DNA from: Narcine bancroftii
Lineage: Eukaryota
Assembly (NCBI RefSeq): GCF_036971445.1
Contig: NC_091470.1
Span: 313,224,001 to 313,288,000, forward strand
Length of the DNA: 64,000 nt
Direction of reading: 5' to 3'
Both the position numbers and the translations under genes were made by a program. Of the stretch, positions 26,610 through 38,337 are shown in pieces (the stretch's first letter is position 1; each line of letters begins with the position of its first letter). The notes under the pieces are model-generated. The model did not search any database and was not told where the DNA came from. It worked only from the letters and a program-made list of their open reading frames with translations.

Positions 26610-28364
26610 ATAGCAAAGGGAAAAAATTGGTTCCCTTGAAGGTCAGAGTGGTCGGCTTTGTATGGAGCCAAAGAGATGGGGGAGATCTTAATTTTTTTTC
26701 CATCAGTATTCACTCAGGAAACGGGCACAGAGTCATGGGAAGCAAGGAAAACAAGTAGTGAGGTCATGAAACCTAACCTGATTAAAGAGGAGGAAGCACT
26801 TGCTATCTTAAAGCAAATAAGGGTAGATAAACCCCCAGGACCTAACAAGATATTCTCTCTGACCTTAAGAGAGACTAGGGCAGATATTGCAGGGTCTTTG
26901 GCAGATATATTTAAAATGTCCCTAGCCATGTGTGTGGTGGCAGAGGATTGGAGGGTAGCTCACATTTTTCCATTGTTTAAAAAAGGCTCTAAAAGTAATC
27001 CTAGAAAAATAGGCAGGTGAGCCTGTCAACAGTTATTGGAAGATAAAAACACACAAAGCTGTCCTTTATTTAGCAAAGGTAAAAATACATAACCATTTTT
27101 TTGGGCTAGAGCCCTTCATCAATGTATGGGAAAAGGTCAGTAGGCATCCTAATAAAAGAGAGAAGGGGGAGAGGTGGTCACAAGGCCGAGATCGGATATA
27201 CAATTATTTGTATAGTCAGAGACTGATTAGCGATAATCCACATGGTTTTGTGCATGGTAGGTCGTGTTTAACCAATCTTATGGAGTTTTTCGAGAAGGTT
27301 ACCAGGAAAGTTGACGAAGGCTGTGGAGGTTGTCAACAGGAACTCAAGTAAGGCCTGTTACAAGGTCCCGCAAGGTCCTATTACTGTATATCAATGATTT
27401 GGATGATAGAGGGTAAATTGGATCGGCAAGTTTGCAGATGACACTAAGATTGGAGGTATTGTGGAGAGCAAAGAAGGTTTTCAATGCTTGCAGAGAGATC
27501 TGGACTAGAAGGTAAAATGAGCTGAAAATTGGCAGATGGAATTTAATGTAGACAAGTGTGAGGTGTTGCATTTTGGAAGAAAAAACCAAGAAAGGACATA
27601 CACAGTTAATGGTAGGGTGATGAGGAGTGCGGTACAACAGAGGGTAATGGGAGTACAGATAGATAATTCTTTAAAAGTGGCGTTACAGGTGGATAGAGTT
27701 GTAAAGATAGCTTTTGGCATGTTTGCCTTCATAAATCAAAGTACTGAGTGCAAGAATTGGGAAGTTAAAGTTGTATAATATATTGGTGAGGCCAAATTTG
27801 GAATATTGTGTGGTCACCTAACCACAGAAAAGATATCAATAAGATAGAAAGAATGCAGAGAAGATTTACTTGCACGTTGCTCAGACTTCAGGAATTGAGT
27901 TACAGGGAAAGTTTAAACAGGTTAAGACTTATTCCCTGGAACATAGAAGAATGAGGGGAGATTTGACAGAGGTATTTAAAATTATGAGGGGGATAGACAG
28001 AGAAAATTGGCTTTTTCCAATAAGGGTAGATGAGATACAAACCAGAGGATATGGGTTAAGGGTGAAAGGGGAAAGTTTAAGGGGAACATGAGGGGGAACT
28101 TCTTCACACAGACAGTGGTGGGAGCGTGGAACAAGTTGCCAACTTAAGTGGTTAATGCAGGATCAATTTTTAACATCTAAGAAGAATTTTGACAGGTACA
28201 TGGATGCGATAAGTATGGAGGGCTATGGACTGGATGCACGTTTGTGGGACTAGGTAAATAAAAAAAATTGGTTCAGCACAGACGAGAAGAGCTGGGAGGG
28301 TCTGTTTCTGTTCTGTAACGTTCCATGGTTCTATGATGATAGTTATTTTAAATTTATCATGTTA

Positions 28365-29272
28365 ACTCAGCCCTCACCCGCACCACCTCCAATTCTCACA
28401 CAACTACCCTGGCCCCTTCTCTTCCCCTCCCTCACCCAGCAGAAGCAACAAGGATAAGATTACCCTTGTTCTTACCCATCATTCCACCAGCCTCTGCATT
28501 CAACATTCATTCTCTGCAATTTCTGCAACCTCCAAGCAGGATTCCACCAGCAGATACATCTTCCCCTCCCTGCTTTCCATAGGGGTCACTCCCTCCATGG
28601 CTTTCTCGTCCACTCATTGCCCCTTTGGTACCTGCAGTTGTGACCACAAATGCTGCACATGCACCTCCTCCCTCACTCCTATTCAGGCCACCAAATAGTC
28701 CTTCAAAGGGAAACAACACTGGACTTGTGAATTGGTAGGTGTTATTTACTATATCCATTGCTCCCAACACAGACTTCTATACACCAGGGAGACTGGACGC
28801 AGAATGGGAGATCACTTCTTTGAGCACCTCCGCTCTTTTTGCTGCAACAGCCCCTCCCCAGTGGCCAGGCACTTCAATTCCACTCCTCCTTGCCACACTG
28901 ACATGTTTGTACTACCAAAATGAGTCTCCCCATAAATTGAAGGAACACCTTGTATTCTGTCTCAGCAGTCTCCAACTATACAGCAACAATGTTGACCTCC
29001 AACTTCCATTAACCCCCTCCCTGGGTCTCTCTTTCTCTCATCCCTCTGTCTCCCCTCCTCCAGTTCACCCTCCTGTTCTTTCCTTCTATCAGAAAGCCAT
29101 CTTTCTTTAACTCTGCCCTTTCCCCATATCACTTCTCAGCTTCTTTCTCTTCTACCTTCCAAACTGTATCCACTCTTGCCTGAAGACAGCTCAGGCCCAA
29201 AACGTTGAGTCTTTTATTTCCTGTGGATGCTATGTGACCCAACAAGTTTCTCCAGCATTTTTGTGTACTCAA
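28365..29272 (+). mobile_element. Penelope-like element 3' remnant (GIY-YIG endonuclease + pLTR)
   Basis: GVIYYIHCSQHRLLYTRETGRRMGDHFFEHLRS...VARHFNS and KLKEHLVFCL peptides; terminal ggatgct..tgacc...tttctccagca motif. Confidence 0.85.
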
Positions 29273-29324
29273 GAAGGTAGAAGTCAAGGCTGACCATCCA
29301 GATCCTCATTCAAGCATCTGCTCA

Positions 29325-29570
29325 ATGAGCAGTGCGGTTACTATTGGGGTTAGCGCAAAACTATTACAGAACCATTGATGCGGGTTTGAATCCAGCTCTG
29401 TCTAAGAAGTGTGTGCGTTCTCTCCATGTCTGCATGGGTTTCCTCTGGTTTCCTCCCACTCTCTTAAAAAAAAAATACAGGGGTCATTAGCGTTAATGAT
29501 TATTTGAGCAGTGTGGCTCATGGGCCAGAATGGCCTGTCACCATGCTATATTTCTAAATTAACAATTAAA
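29325..29570 (+). mobile_element. tRNA-derived SINE
   Basis: A-box-like ggggttagcgc and B-box-like ggtttgaatcc, followed by the core gttctctccatgtctgcatgggtttcctc. Confidence 0.7.
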
Positions 29571-29744
29571 ATTAGTTTAGTAAACTTTGAACAGTTTCTA
29601 ATATGTGACAGCCTTGTTAAAATAGGACTAATATTGCACATAGTACTTCAGATTTGGCTTCATCAATGCAGATGAAGCATGAGCTCTGCATTCTTGTTTT
29701 AATTCCTCTCGCAATAATCAATAACATTGTTAGCATGGAGACAG

Positions 29745-30320
29745 AGACAGCTGGAATCTAGAGCAAAAAAAAAACAAACTGCTGGAGAAATACACCAAGT
29801 TAGACTGTATCCAGGGAGGATAATGAACATTGATGTTTCAGGTCAAAGAGTTGCTTCAGAATTAAGGAGAGGGAAGACGGGCACTTCCAAAGATGGCGGA
29901 GCAGTAAAGATAGGGGAGCCCAAGAGGGGTGAAGGATGACAGATAGAGCAAGGTGTGGAAAAACACGAAGGATAGACTTTGGAAATACTAGGCAGAAGAG
30001 TGATAGGGAAACAGAAAAAGAATAGAGAAGACTGGTGTTATAGGAATGAGATACATGGAATCATAGAAGAGAGGGCAGTTAGAGAAAGGGGAAAGGAACT
30101 GGGTCACAAGATTACAAGATGGACTAGTTGGAGAGAGTAAGGAACCGATGAAGACAATTATTTGAAATTCGAGATTTTAACACTTGTGCCATTTGGGCTG
30201 TAGGTTACACATGCAAATTATGAACTACTACCCTTCAAACTTGCATTTGGCCTCACTCTGGCAAAGGAGAAAGTCAGTGATAGGCAGGTTGATGTATGAA
30301 TGGGAAGGGAAATTAAAATG
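29745..30320 (-). mobile_element. Penelope-like 3' remnant
   Basis: Reverse pLTR (tgctggagaaa...) and a CQSEAKCKFE tail peptide. Confidence 0.6.
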
Positions 30321-30439
30321 CTTAACAAGTAGTGCACGAGGATGTTGCATGACCTGCTGAGTTTCTCCAGCACTTCTGTGTACTACATGACAATCCCCCT
30401 GTCTGCACACTTCCCTGTTTAATTTTTTTTTTTAATTTA

Positions 30440-30670
30440 CACTAACAGGACAGTAACAGGCCATTTCGTCCTATGAGTGTGGGCTGCCCAATTTACTCCC
30501 AATCAACCTACACCTCCAGTACATTTTGAACAGTGGGAGGAAACTGAAACCCCAGGGGAAAACCCATGCAGACACGGGGAGATCGTCCAAATTCCTTAGA
30601 CAGCATGTAATTCAAACCCCAGTCCCATTTGGTGGCATTGTACTAAACCCTATGCCAACCATGCCGGCCC
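30440..30670 (-). mobile_element. tRNA-derived SINE
   Basis: Reverse complement of the SINE core (gggaggaaactg...aaaacccatgcagacacggggaga). Confidence 0.7.
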
Positions 30671-31039
30671 TTAACTGGCAAAGTGGTTGCCTGGATTGCA
30701 CTTGGTCTCACCAAAATAGAGGAGGCCACAATAAAAGAACTGAATTCTTTCATCTTGAAGGGTTGGTATGTCCCTGGGTGAAGGCGAGGGGCAAGGTGCA
30801 GGAACAGACATTATATCAATCAAGGCTGCTGCAGAATGTGGTAGGGCAAGCAGGGAATGAGAGGTTGGAAGAAACTGCAAAGTCACAGAAAGTGGTCTTT
30901 GCAAAAAGTAGACAGACGTGGCAAAAGGAAGATACAAAGGATCATGTGGAAGCAAGCAGAATTTCAAAGAACAATGTGCTAGATGCAGAGACTTGGTAGG
31001 GTGAAAGAGAAGGGTGGTACCACTTCCCAACTTTCCACT

Positions 31040-31945
31040 ACATTGCATCTATGCAGAACTCTTCATTTTTTTTAAATCAACTCCCTCAAATTAACTTGGA
31101 ATATTTCTCACACTGCTGTCCCCTTTTTAGATCTCTCCATTTTCAACATGGGAGACAAATTATTCATTTAAATTTATTACAAATCCACTGATTCCCACAA
31201 TTACCTGGAGAACATCTCTACCCATCCTGTCTCTTGCAAGGATACTATCCCTTTCTCCCCATTCCTCTGTCTTTTCTGTTCCTGGGATGAGACAGTCCAT
31301 CCCAGGACATCCAAAATGTTCTCTCTTTAATAAACATTGATTCCCTCCGCTGTCATCAAACCCTGACACACATCACTTTCACCCCACCTCCCTCTAAACA
31401 TCCTTGGTCCTTACTTTTCATCCACCACCCCATACATTTAGCATATCATTCTTCTACAATTCCGTCAATGTCAACATGATCTCACAATCAGCCACATTTT
31501 CCCCTCTCTATCCCTTTCAATATAGATTATTTTAATTTCCACAGACTTGTCTGGCCCTGGCAAAACAAAGGGCAAACTTGAGGAGCATAACATTTTTCTA
31601 GAACCGTCTAACCAAACAGCATAAATCTGAGATAAACCCACCTTCATCTATTCTTTATCTGCTCCCATTCTTACTTTTCCATCAAACCTCCCAGTGATGA
31701 ATTCTTCCTGTCTCTCCACCTCTCCCACCTTTATTTGATGCTATCACCTCTTGGTTCCATATCCAACCCTTTTCCCATCCTTTTCTACTTATCACCTCCT
31801 CTTTTCACTTTACTCTTGAAAAAGGGTCCCAATCAAAAACGCCAAATGTAGTTTTCTCTCCAAAGATGTTGCCTGACTTAGTGAACCCTCCAGCTTCTCA
31901 TTATTTGCTCAAGCCTGCAGTATCTGCAGTTCTTCAATTTCTCTA
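31040..31945 (+). mobile_element. Penelope-like remnant (RT C-terminus to pLTR, internally deleted)
   Basis: YKSTDSHNYL...HPVSCKDTIPFS peptide; terminal cagatg-type/tgcctgac..ctccagc motif. Confidence 0.65.
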
Positions 31946-32134
31946 AGGAAACTCTATCCCTATTCAGACTTTGGGTAGGCAGGATGAGAGCGGTGAGTCT
32001 GTTGAACATTTCTGATCTTTCTGATTGTATTTCACAATCCAGCATCTGCAGTGTTTTTCTTTCATCTACGGAGAGAAAACTACATTTGGATTACATTATT
32101 AGCAACTAATCTTGAAAGTACAGACCAGCCTTAC

Positions 32135-32258
32135 CTGACTATGGGAAGCTTAGTAAGGGGGACTGGCAGTAATTTCACATCAGGAAGCGATACAATCTCC
32201 ATGGTACCAGGGCATTTTGCTGTGTAGTTCTCTAAACTCTGAGAAACCTCCTTCTTCT
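32135..32258 (-). CDS. TRAPPC9: TRAPPC9 coding exon (124 nt): (E)[40 protein letters not shown](R)
   Basis: Not in the ORF track; translated by hand. Acceptor ttttgCAG, donor TCAG|GTAAGG, phase 1 to 2, which fits both neighbouring exons. Confidence 0.94.
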
Positions 32259-35204
32259 CTGCAAAACAGCACGACAAATAGAAATATATCGCTTGACTGT
32301 TAACAAGATATAAATTATGAAATTTTTGCTATCTATCCATGAAATTGAGCCTGGCAAAGTATCCGTAAATTAAATGAAGAATCTGAATGCCAGTTACTTT
32401 GAACTATTCAACAGCAGAACTATTTGCAAAGTTATAGTATTGTCCACATTAAAAATAATGGCTTTCCTGAACAAGAAATTGTATCTAATTACTGCAAATC
32501 CATGGTCAAAACCACAATCTGCAAAAGAATTTGCCAATGCCAATAAATACAAGATGCAAAATAAATTCTGCGTCCCAAACACATTTTTTCCTTGCAAAAG
32601 AGGCAAGGTGTTTATTTCAGGCCGAAGACCCTCTGCCAGATCAGAGAAAACAGACAATTAAAATTTCAGAGAAGGTGGGAGCTTGGTTGAATTGGAGAAA
32701 AGAATACCTGATAAGGCAACACTGAGGTTGTTTTGGGAAGGGGGGGGGGGTTAGCTATTGCCAACATATATAAAATGATAACATACATAAAGTTCTGTGA
32801 AATATTGGGTACAGTATATTAGTTTATGAAAATAATGTTTAAAAACTAATGATAGTTAGTTGAAGATGCCTAACAGTTTTTAGTCAGAGCAAAATATTGC
32901 CAGTTCTGATTCAGATAGAGAAAGCAAATTTCTGAAGCTGAAGAATTTTATGCTTAGTCTCAAAGGCTGCAAACATACCTAGACAAATCAGGTGTTATGG
33001 TTCAAGCTTTCAGTTTTTTTTAATTATTACACAGAAATTCTGCGATATTTCTGTACGGAAGACCCACCATTCAGCTGGCTTTGGTTGTTTACAGTGAAAC
33101 AAACAAAGCCAGCACTTTACCGGGTCAATGTTTCTTTTTCCACAACAGCCGGCATTCCATGAGAAAAAGAGGCAGGACGTATAACTCAACAGTGTTTGCG
33201 TCTAGTGTCACGTATATTTGCCAGCATGTTAGATCCACTTTTTTCCAAAAGAATGGCTCAAAAATATTCCCCCCCCCCCTGGTCTTATATGTGAGGTTGA
33301 AATTAGGGTGATAATGGTGAGTAATGCCAACAGTAACACTGCCAACCCACACACTGGCCAATGTTGTGTAGAGAACGTGTCAATTTTGTGAGAGACAAGT
33401 CTGGACACAAGGGTTTACAATCAAATGTTACTTTTATTAACACACAATTAATAGGAGAATGGGAAAATCGTAGCGGGAATAAAACACCCGAGCACAAATT
33501 ATAAAAGCATGGGAGAAAACGCGCACAATTTAATAAAACATACATGCGCAATGTCTAAAAGAATGTGGGAAGATCTACTGTAAGTATTGATCTCTCGCAG
33601 TGTATTTCAAACTTTTTCTTTCCACTCACATGCCATCTTAAGTAATCCCTTACTAATCACTGCCATCTATCGTTGGAGTCTGGTTGCCATTGGGAGGGAA
33701 GCGGGGCAGTGGGCTTCAGACTGTTCAAACTGAGGACAAACTCATAGACCAGCTTGCTCACAGCACAAAGTGATAGGAGACACCTGGGATCAGTGTGGGG
33801 GGGGTCTGGTCTTTTATCACAATGCCACTCCCTAGCACTAATCTCTTCTCCCTTAATATCTAAAGGTCTGTCAGTGACTGTTCTGAATACATTCAGTAAC
33901 TGAGCATTCACACTCTCTCCTACTGTCAAGTTCCAGATTCAGTACCCTTTCATTATTTTTATCTTATTCATGAATAATCAAGCCCTATTTTGAAAATCCA
34001 ACAGCCACCCCAATTCTGTCCTGTCAAAACCATGAATTATGAATTAAATCATCTCCCATTCTCCTCCCAGCAACACATCAGTGCTTCACCATGTAACATC
34101 ACAGCGAGTCTAATTGAGGATGCCTCACTATTTCACCACCAGCTCATTTAATCTCCAGGTCATTTCAAACTTCTGCATTTATGGGAGCATGCATTGACAT
34201 CCAAGATGGGCTAAACTCCAAATGCCTGCCTAGTGAACTACTCACTGTCAGCCAGATCAGCTCTGACTTTTACCTTTGCTGTATAATTGCAGCTCAATAT
34301 GACAGACCTAGTGTTAAATTAGTAATGTACTGTCAATGATATCTTACCGAGTTGATGCTGGATTGTGAGGGTGATTGCCCTCACTTCTCTTTATGAGCAG
34401 ACCACAACAACAGAGCAGGCAGTGGGCCACCAGGGCAGAGCAGGGCAGTGGAATTATCATTAAAAATTTTTTTACTGATGTCCTACTTGCATGTTTTGTT
34501 AAAGTTTTAAATGCTTACCAGTAAACACACTAAAAAATATTACAGTACATATACACATCCTTATCTGAATTGGTTCCAGAATGCCAGAAGCTCCTTTTAC
34601 ACTAGTGGTGTTCCACAAATTTTACTAGATCTATTCCTCAAAAAAAGCCAGGACTAAAATGACGCTACACCACCCCCCTACTCTATTCCATCTCGATGCT
34701 TTTTACATAGCAGGTGTTCCAGGACAAAAGAGTAAAGGTCCCGGAATGAAAGGGCTGTGTGAAAAGCTCAGTCCACAGATGGATAGGTCAGACTAAGAAT
34801 GGGACAGATTTTAAATTATAGGGCACAGAAAGCTCAGTGTGGCCTCTGCAGAATAAGCAAAAGTTCTTTGCAAAGCAGTCACAATATGCAATTAATTTCA
34901 CTAATGTAGAGGAGACCACATTCTGAACAGAGAATGTAGAATATTGATAGTATATTTTATACTCCTTTGTCTGCATTATCACTCACTAACAATGACATAC
35001 TGGCCTCATGACAATCATGGCTTCACAGACATTCCCTTTGTCCTATGTACCTCTCCCCATTTTCTCTGCAAATTAACATCAACAACTTTTGCTCCTTTGA
35101 TTACTTCCAACAAATGGTTCCATTTCTTATACTTGTTCATGACAACCAAGAAAATTGAAAATTGTGACAAAAAATGGCAAGTAGAAAAACAAGAATGCAT
35201 AGAT

Positions 35205-35680
35205 TCATAAAGTCACAGAGAAATACAGCACAGAACAAACTCTTTAACCCAAATTGTCTATGCATGCATTCTGTACAAGTTCCATTTATTTGCATTTAAC
35301 CCATATCCTTCTGATCCCTTCAATTCCAAACATTTTTGTCTTTTGAACATCAAAAATCACCCACATCTATAGCTTTCTCTGGTAATTTGTTCCAGATGGT
35401 AACCATACAGAGTGGTAATGTTTCTCCTTTGGTCCTGATGCCCTCTAGTCTGTGACACTCCATTATTCCAAGGAATAAAAACCCAGCCTGCCCCAAAAAC
35501 CTAAGCCTTCAAGTCCCAGGAATATCTTGGTTCATCTCTTCTGCACTCTTTTCAACTTAATAACATCCTCCCTATAGCTAAGTGACCAGAATTGCACACA
35601 ATACTCCAAGAGTGGTCTCACCAACAACTTGGACAGCGATGTCATGACATCCAACTTTTGTACTCCACTCCCTGCTGTCG
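35205..35680 (-). mobile_element. CR1 LINE 3' end
   Basis: LVRPLLEYCVQFWSL peptide on the reverse strand and a CR1-type 3' tail. Confidence 0.75.
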
Positions 35681-35699
35681 CAGTTAAAATTTATTTCAT

Positions 35700-36345
35700 G
35701 CTCACAATCTAGCCAATAATTAGAATTGCTTCAAACAGTGATTCTACATTTAGTTACAAGCTGGTGAAATGGGAGAGACCAATGGAAAATGGAAAGCGTC
35801 TAAGTTTCTGCACGTAATGGTTGAAGATGCTTAACAGTTTTCAAATTGATGAGGCAGCTTTCACGATGGACACTTTGATGACAAAATTTGAGGAGTATTT
35901 TGTTTTAAGTAAAAACGTCACATTTGAGGTATTTAAGTTTTTCTCCTGTGACCAGAAACAAGATATGAACTTTGACCAATACCTAGCCGAGCTTCACACA
36001 CTATGTTCTGTGAATTTGGAGATTTGAAAAATTCCCTCATTAAAGTCAGAGTAGTTTGTGGAATCCCAGATAATGGACTTAGAGAAAGATTGTTGAGTGA
36101 AAAAGATTTTACTCTGTAAATACATATAGGGCAGCAGAGACCACACGAGCACAAGTTAAGGAGCTACACAGGATAGACACAACCGTTAAGGAACTGCAGA
36201 GGATAGACACAACAGTGCACATGATGAAGCAGAGCACCAGGAGTTTCCCAAAGCAACAACAAAGCAAAGTGGTAAGCTCAAACAGCAAATGCAGCAGGTG
36301 CGGAAGTAGACATATTCCAAAGATACGTCCTGCCTATGGAATAGA
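35700..36345 (+). mobile_element. Ty3/Gypsy gag pseudogene fragment
   Basis: KFEEYF..KNVTFE.FKFFSCDQ..FDQYLAEL and VVCGIPDNGLRERLL peptides, plus a degenerate zinc knuckle KCSRCGSRHIPKIRPAYG. Confidence 0.75.
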
Positions 36346-36582
36346 ACCTGGATCAAAGTAGTTAATTTCCTATATGGAGGTAAGTGAACAGAATGCAACT
36401 CACTGGATAAAAGATTCTGCCTGTATCTAGACTTTTAAATTCCTTGGATGCTTTTTCCAAAAAAATCAATGGCAGAACAAAAATCAAACCAGATAGGTTT
36501 TGTGCAAATAATTTCATAGAAAACACCTGTTCAGAATTAAACTGAACATTTAGCAGTCACATGATTTATTGCCATAATGTAC

Positions 36583-36726
36583 CTTGATCCGAGAGGAAAT
36601 CCAACATGGTTTGAAGAAGAAAGGACAGGTGACGAACTGCAAGAGCAGGGTTTCCCATTCGTCTTGAAGCATAAACAAGCTCGTGTAGCAAACGCATTTG
36701 TACTGCTGGCCAACCTTTGTGGGTTC
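36583..36726 (-). CDS. TRAPPC9: TRAPPC9 coding exon (144 nt): (G)[47 protein letters not shown](E)
   Basis: Acceptor actgTAG, donor CAAG|GTACAT, phase 1/1. Conserved peptide. Confidence 0.96.
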
Positions 36727-36899
36727 CTACAGTATAGATGAGAATTAAGATCATAGATCCTTCAGATATGACCGAATTAAGAAATAAACATACAAATTAA
36801 TGCATTTTGAAGTGAAGATTGGGAATCTTTGTGCGCACAATCAGTAATTATAACCAGCAACACAAGTGAATAAGGCTCAAAGAACAACAAAATGAAGTT

Positions 36900-37845
36900 T
36901 TTGAATTGCAATTTGCTCAACTCTATTCCTCAACTCGTTTCAAAAATACAACATGTCAACAGATTCGGATTTACTGTCAAAATACATACATGACATCCTA
37001 CCCTTTTTTTCTTTTTCTGCAGGCAAGGCAGAATTACCATTTATTGGTAGTACAAAAAAAACACTGTACACTGTGTAAACATATAAATAAAGAACTGTAA
37101 ACAGATAATGAATGTAAACAAAATGACAGTGCAATACAGAGATAATAAAAGAAAATCAATAAAGTACACAAGCAAGAGTCCTTAAATGAGTACCTAATTG
37201 AGTTTGTTGTTGAGGAATCTGACAGGGAGGGGTTGCAGCTGTTCCTGAACTTGGTGGTATGAGTCTTGTGGCACCTATATTTCCTTCCTGACGGTAGCAG
37301 CAAGAACAGAGCGTGTGGCTCCTTGATTATTACTGCTGCTCTTCGACGGCAGTGTTCCCTGGAGATGTTCTCGATTGTGGGGAGGGTTTTGCTTGTGATG
37401 CCCTAGACTCTGTCCACTACCTTTTGTAGGGCTTTACACTCAAGGGTATTGGTGTCCCAATACCAGACTATGATACAGCCAGTCAGCATACATTCCACCA
37501 CACATCTGTAGAAATTTGCCAGGGTTTCTGGTGTCAAACAAAACCTCTGCAAACTCTTGAATAAGTAGGGGTGCCCTAGCATTTGGTCCAGGAAAGAGCA
37601 ACTCCGAAGAACTTATTGCTCACCATCTCCACTTCAGATTCTCTCAATGATCATTGGATTGTTTATATCTGGATTCTCCTACCTGAAGTCAACAATCAGC
37701 TCCTTCATTTTGGTGACAATGAGTGGAAGATTGCTGTTGGTGTACCATTCAGACAAGTTTTCAATCTCCCTCCTTCATGCTGGCTCATCACCTTTCTTTA
37801 TACAACTACACTGGTAACATCAGCAAATTTATTGATTTGTCATTC
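36900..37845 (-). mobile_element. Rex1/Babar-like LINE, 3' part; continues at 43770-45270
   Basis: LLPSGRKYRCHKTHTTKFRNS peptide and aaatttgctgatg (KFAD) at the insertion junction. Confidence 0.8.
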
Positions 37846-38337
37846 TGTTACGTCAAAGACCAGTGGCAATAGAAATTCACCAACACTATTGTATTTTTAA
37901 AACAATAGTTTTAATTACTAATAATATAACACCAGAGGTTCGTTTGTATGTGCTGTGTGCGCATTACCCAAACCATAACAGCTTAGGGACAATTCTGAAA
38001 AGTCACTTCAAAGTTCAGTCTCAGATTTCCCGTGTTGAAACTCAGAACCTTTAAATTGATGTTCCAAAGTAATTACAAAGTAGATGAGACACCGAGTCAT
38101 CAGACTTCTCAAAACTCATGAATCCTGAGAGTTGTTTCCGGAAAACTGTTCTTCAATCAAATGAGTTCACACCTCCACTCTTCCTTGCAAAGGGAAGACA
38201 AAACTTTTTTTTTAATTTATTTAAGATTTTATAACATGAATAACATATAGGATTACATTAAAAAAAATTAAGAATAAAATAATAAAATTACAATTCAGTA
38301 TCAGTAATCTAAATAAACTATACCCTCCCCAATAATT

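Larger units (their letters stand above)
21850..28335 (+). mobile_element. Near full-length-ORF degenerate CR1 LINE with several nested insertions
   Basis: Endonuclease (PPNS..ELEEQI..GDFNCPHIDW), DKPPGPNKI, KFADDTK and MEFNVDKCEVLHFG peptides; ggttctatg tail at about 28330. Confidence 0.88.

Noticed and set aside
29325-29400. tRNA gene (A/B-box-like motifs)
   Set aside because: No cloverleaf, and it continues into a SINE core, so it is a SINE head rather than a tRNA.
33598-33662. hAT-like MITE terminus (cagtgtatttcaaactttttctttccactcac)
   Set aside because: Only one end recognisable, with no partner TIR or 8-bp TSD found.
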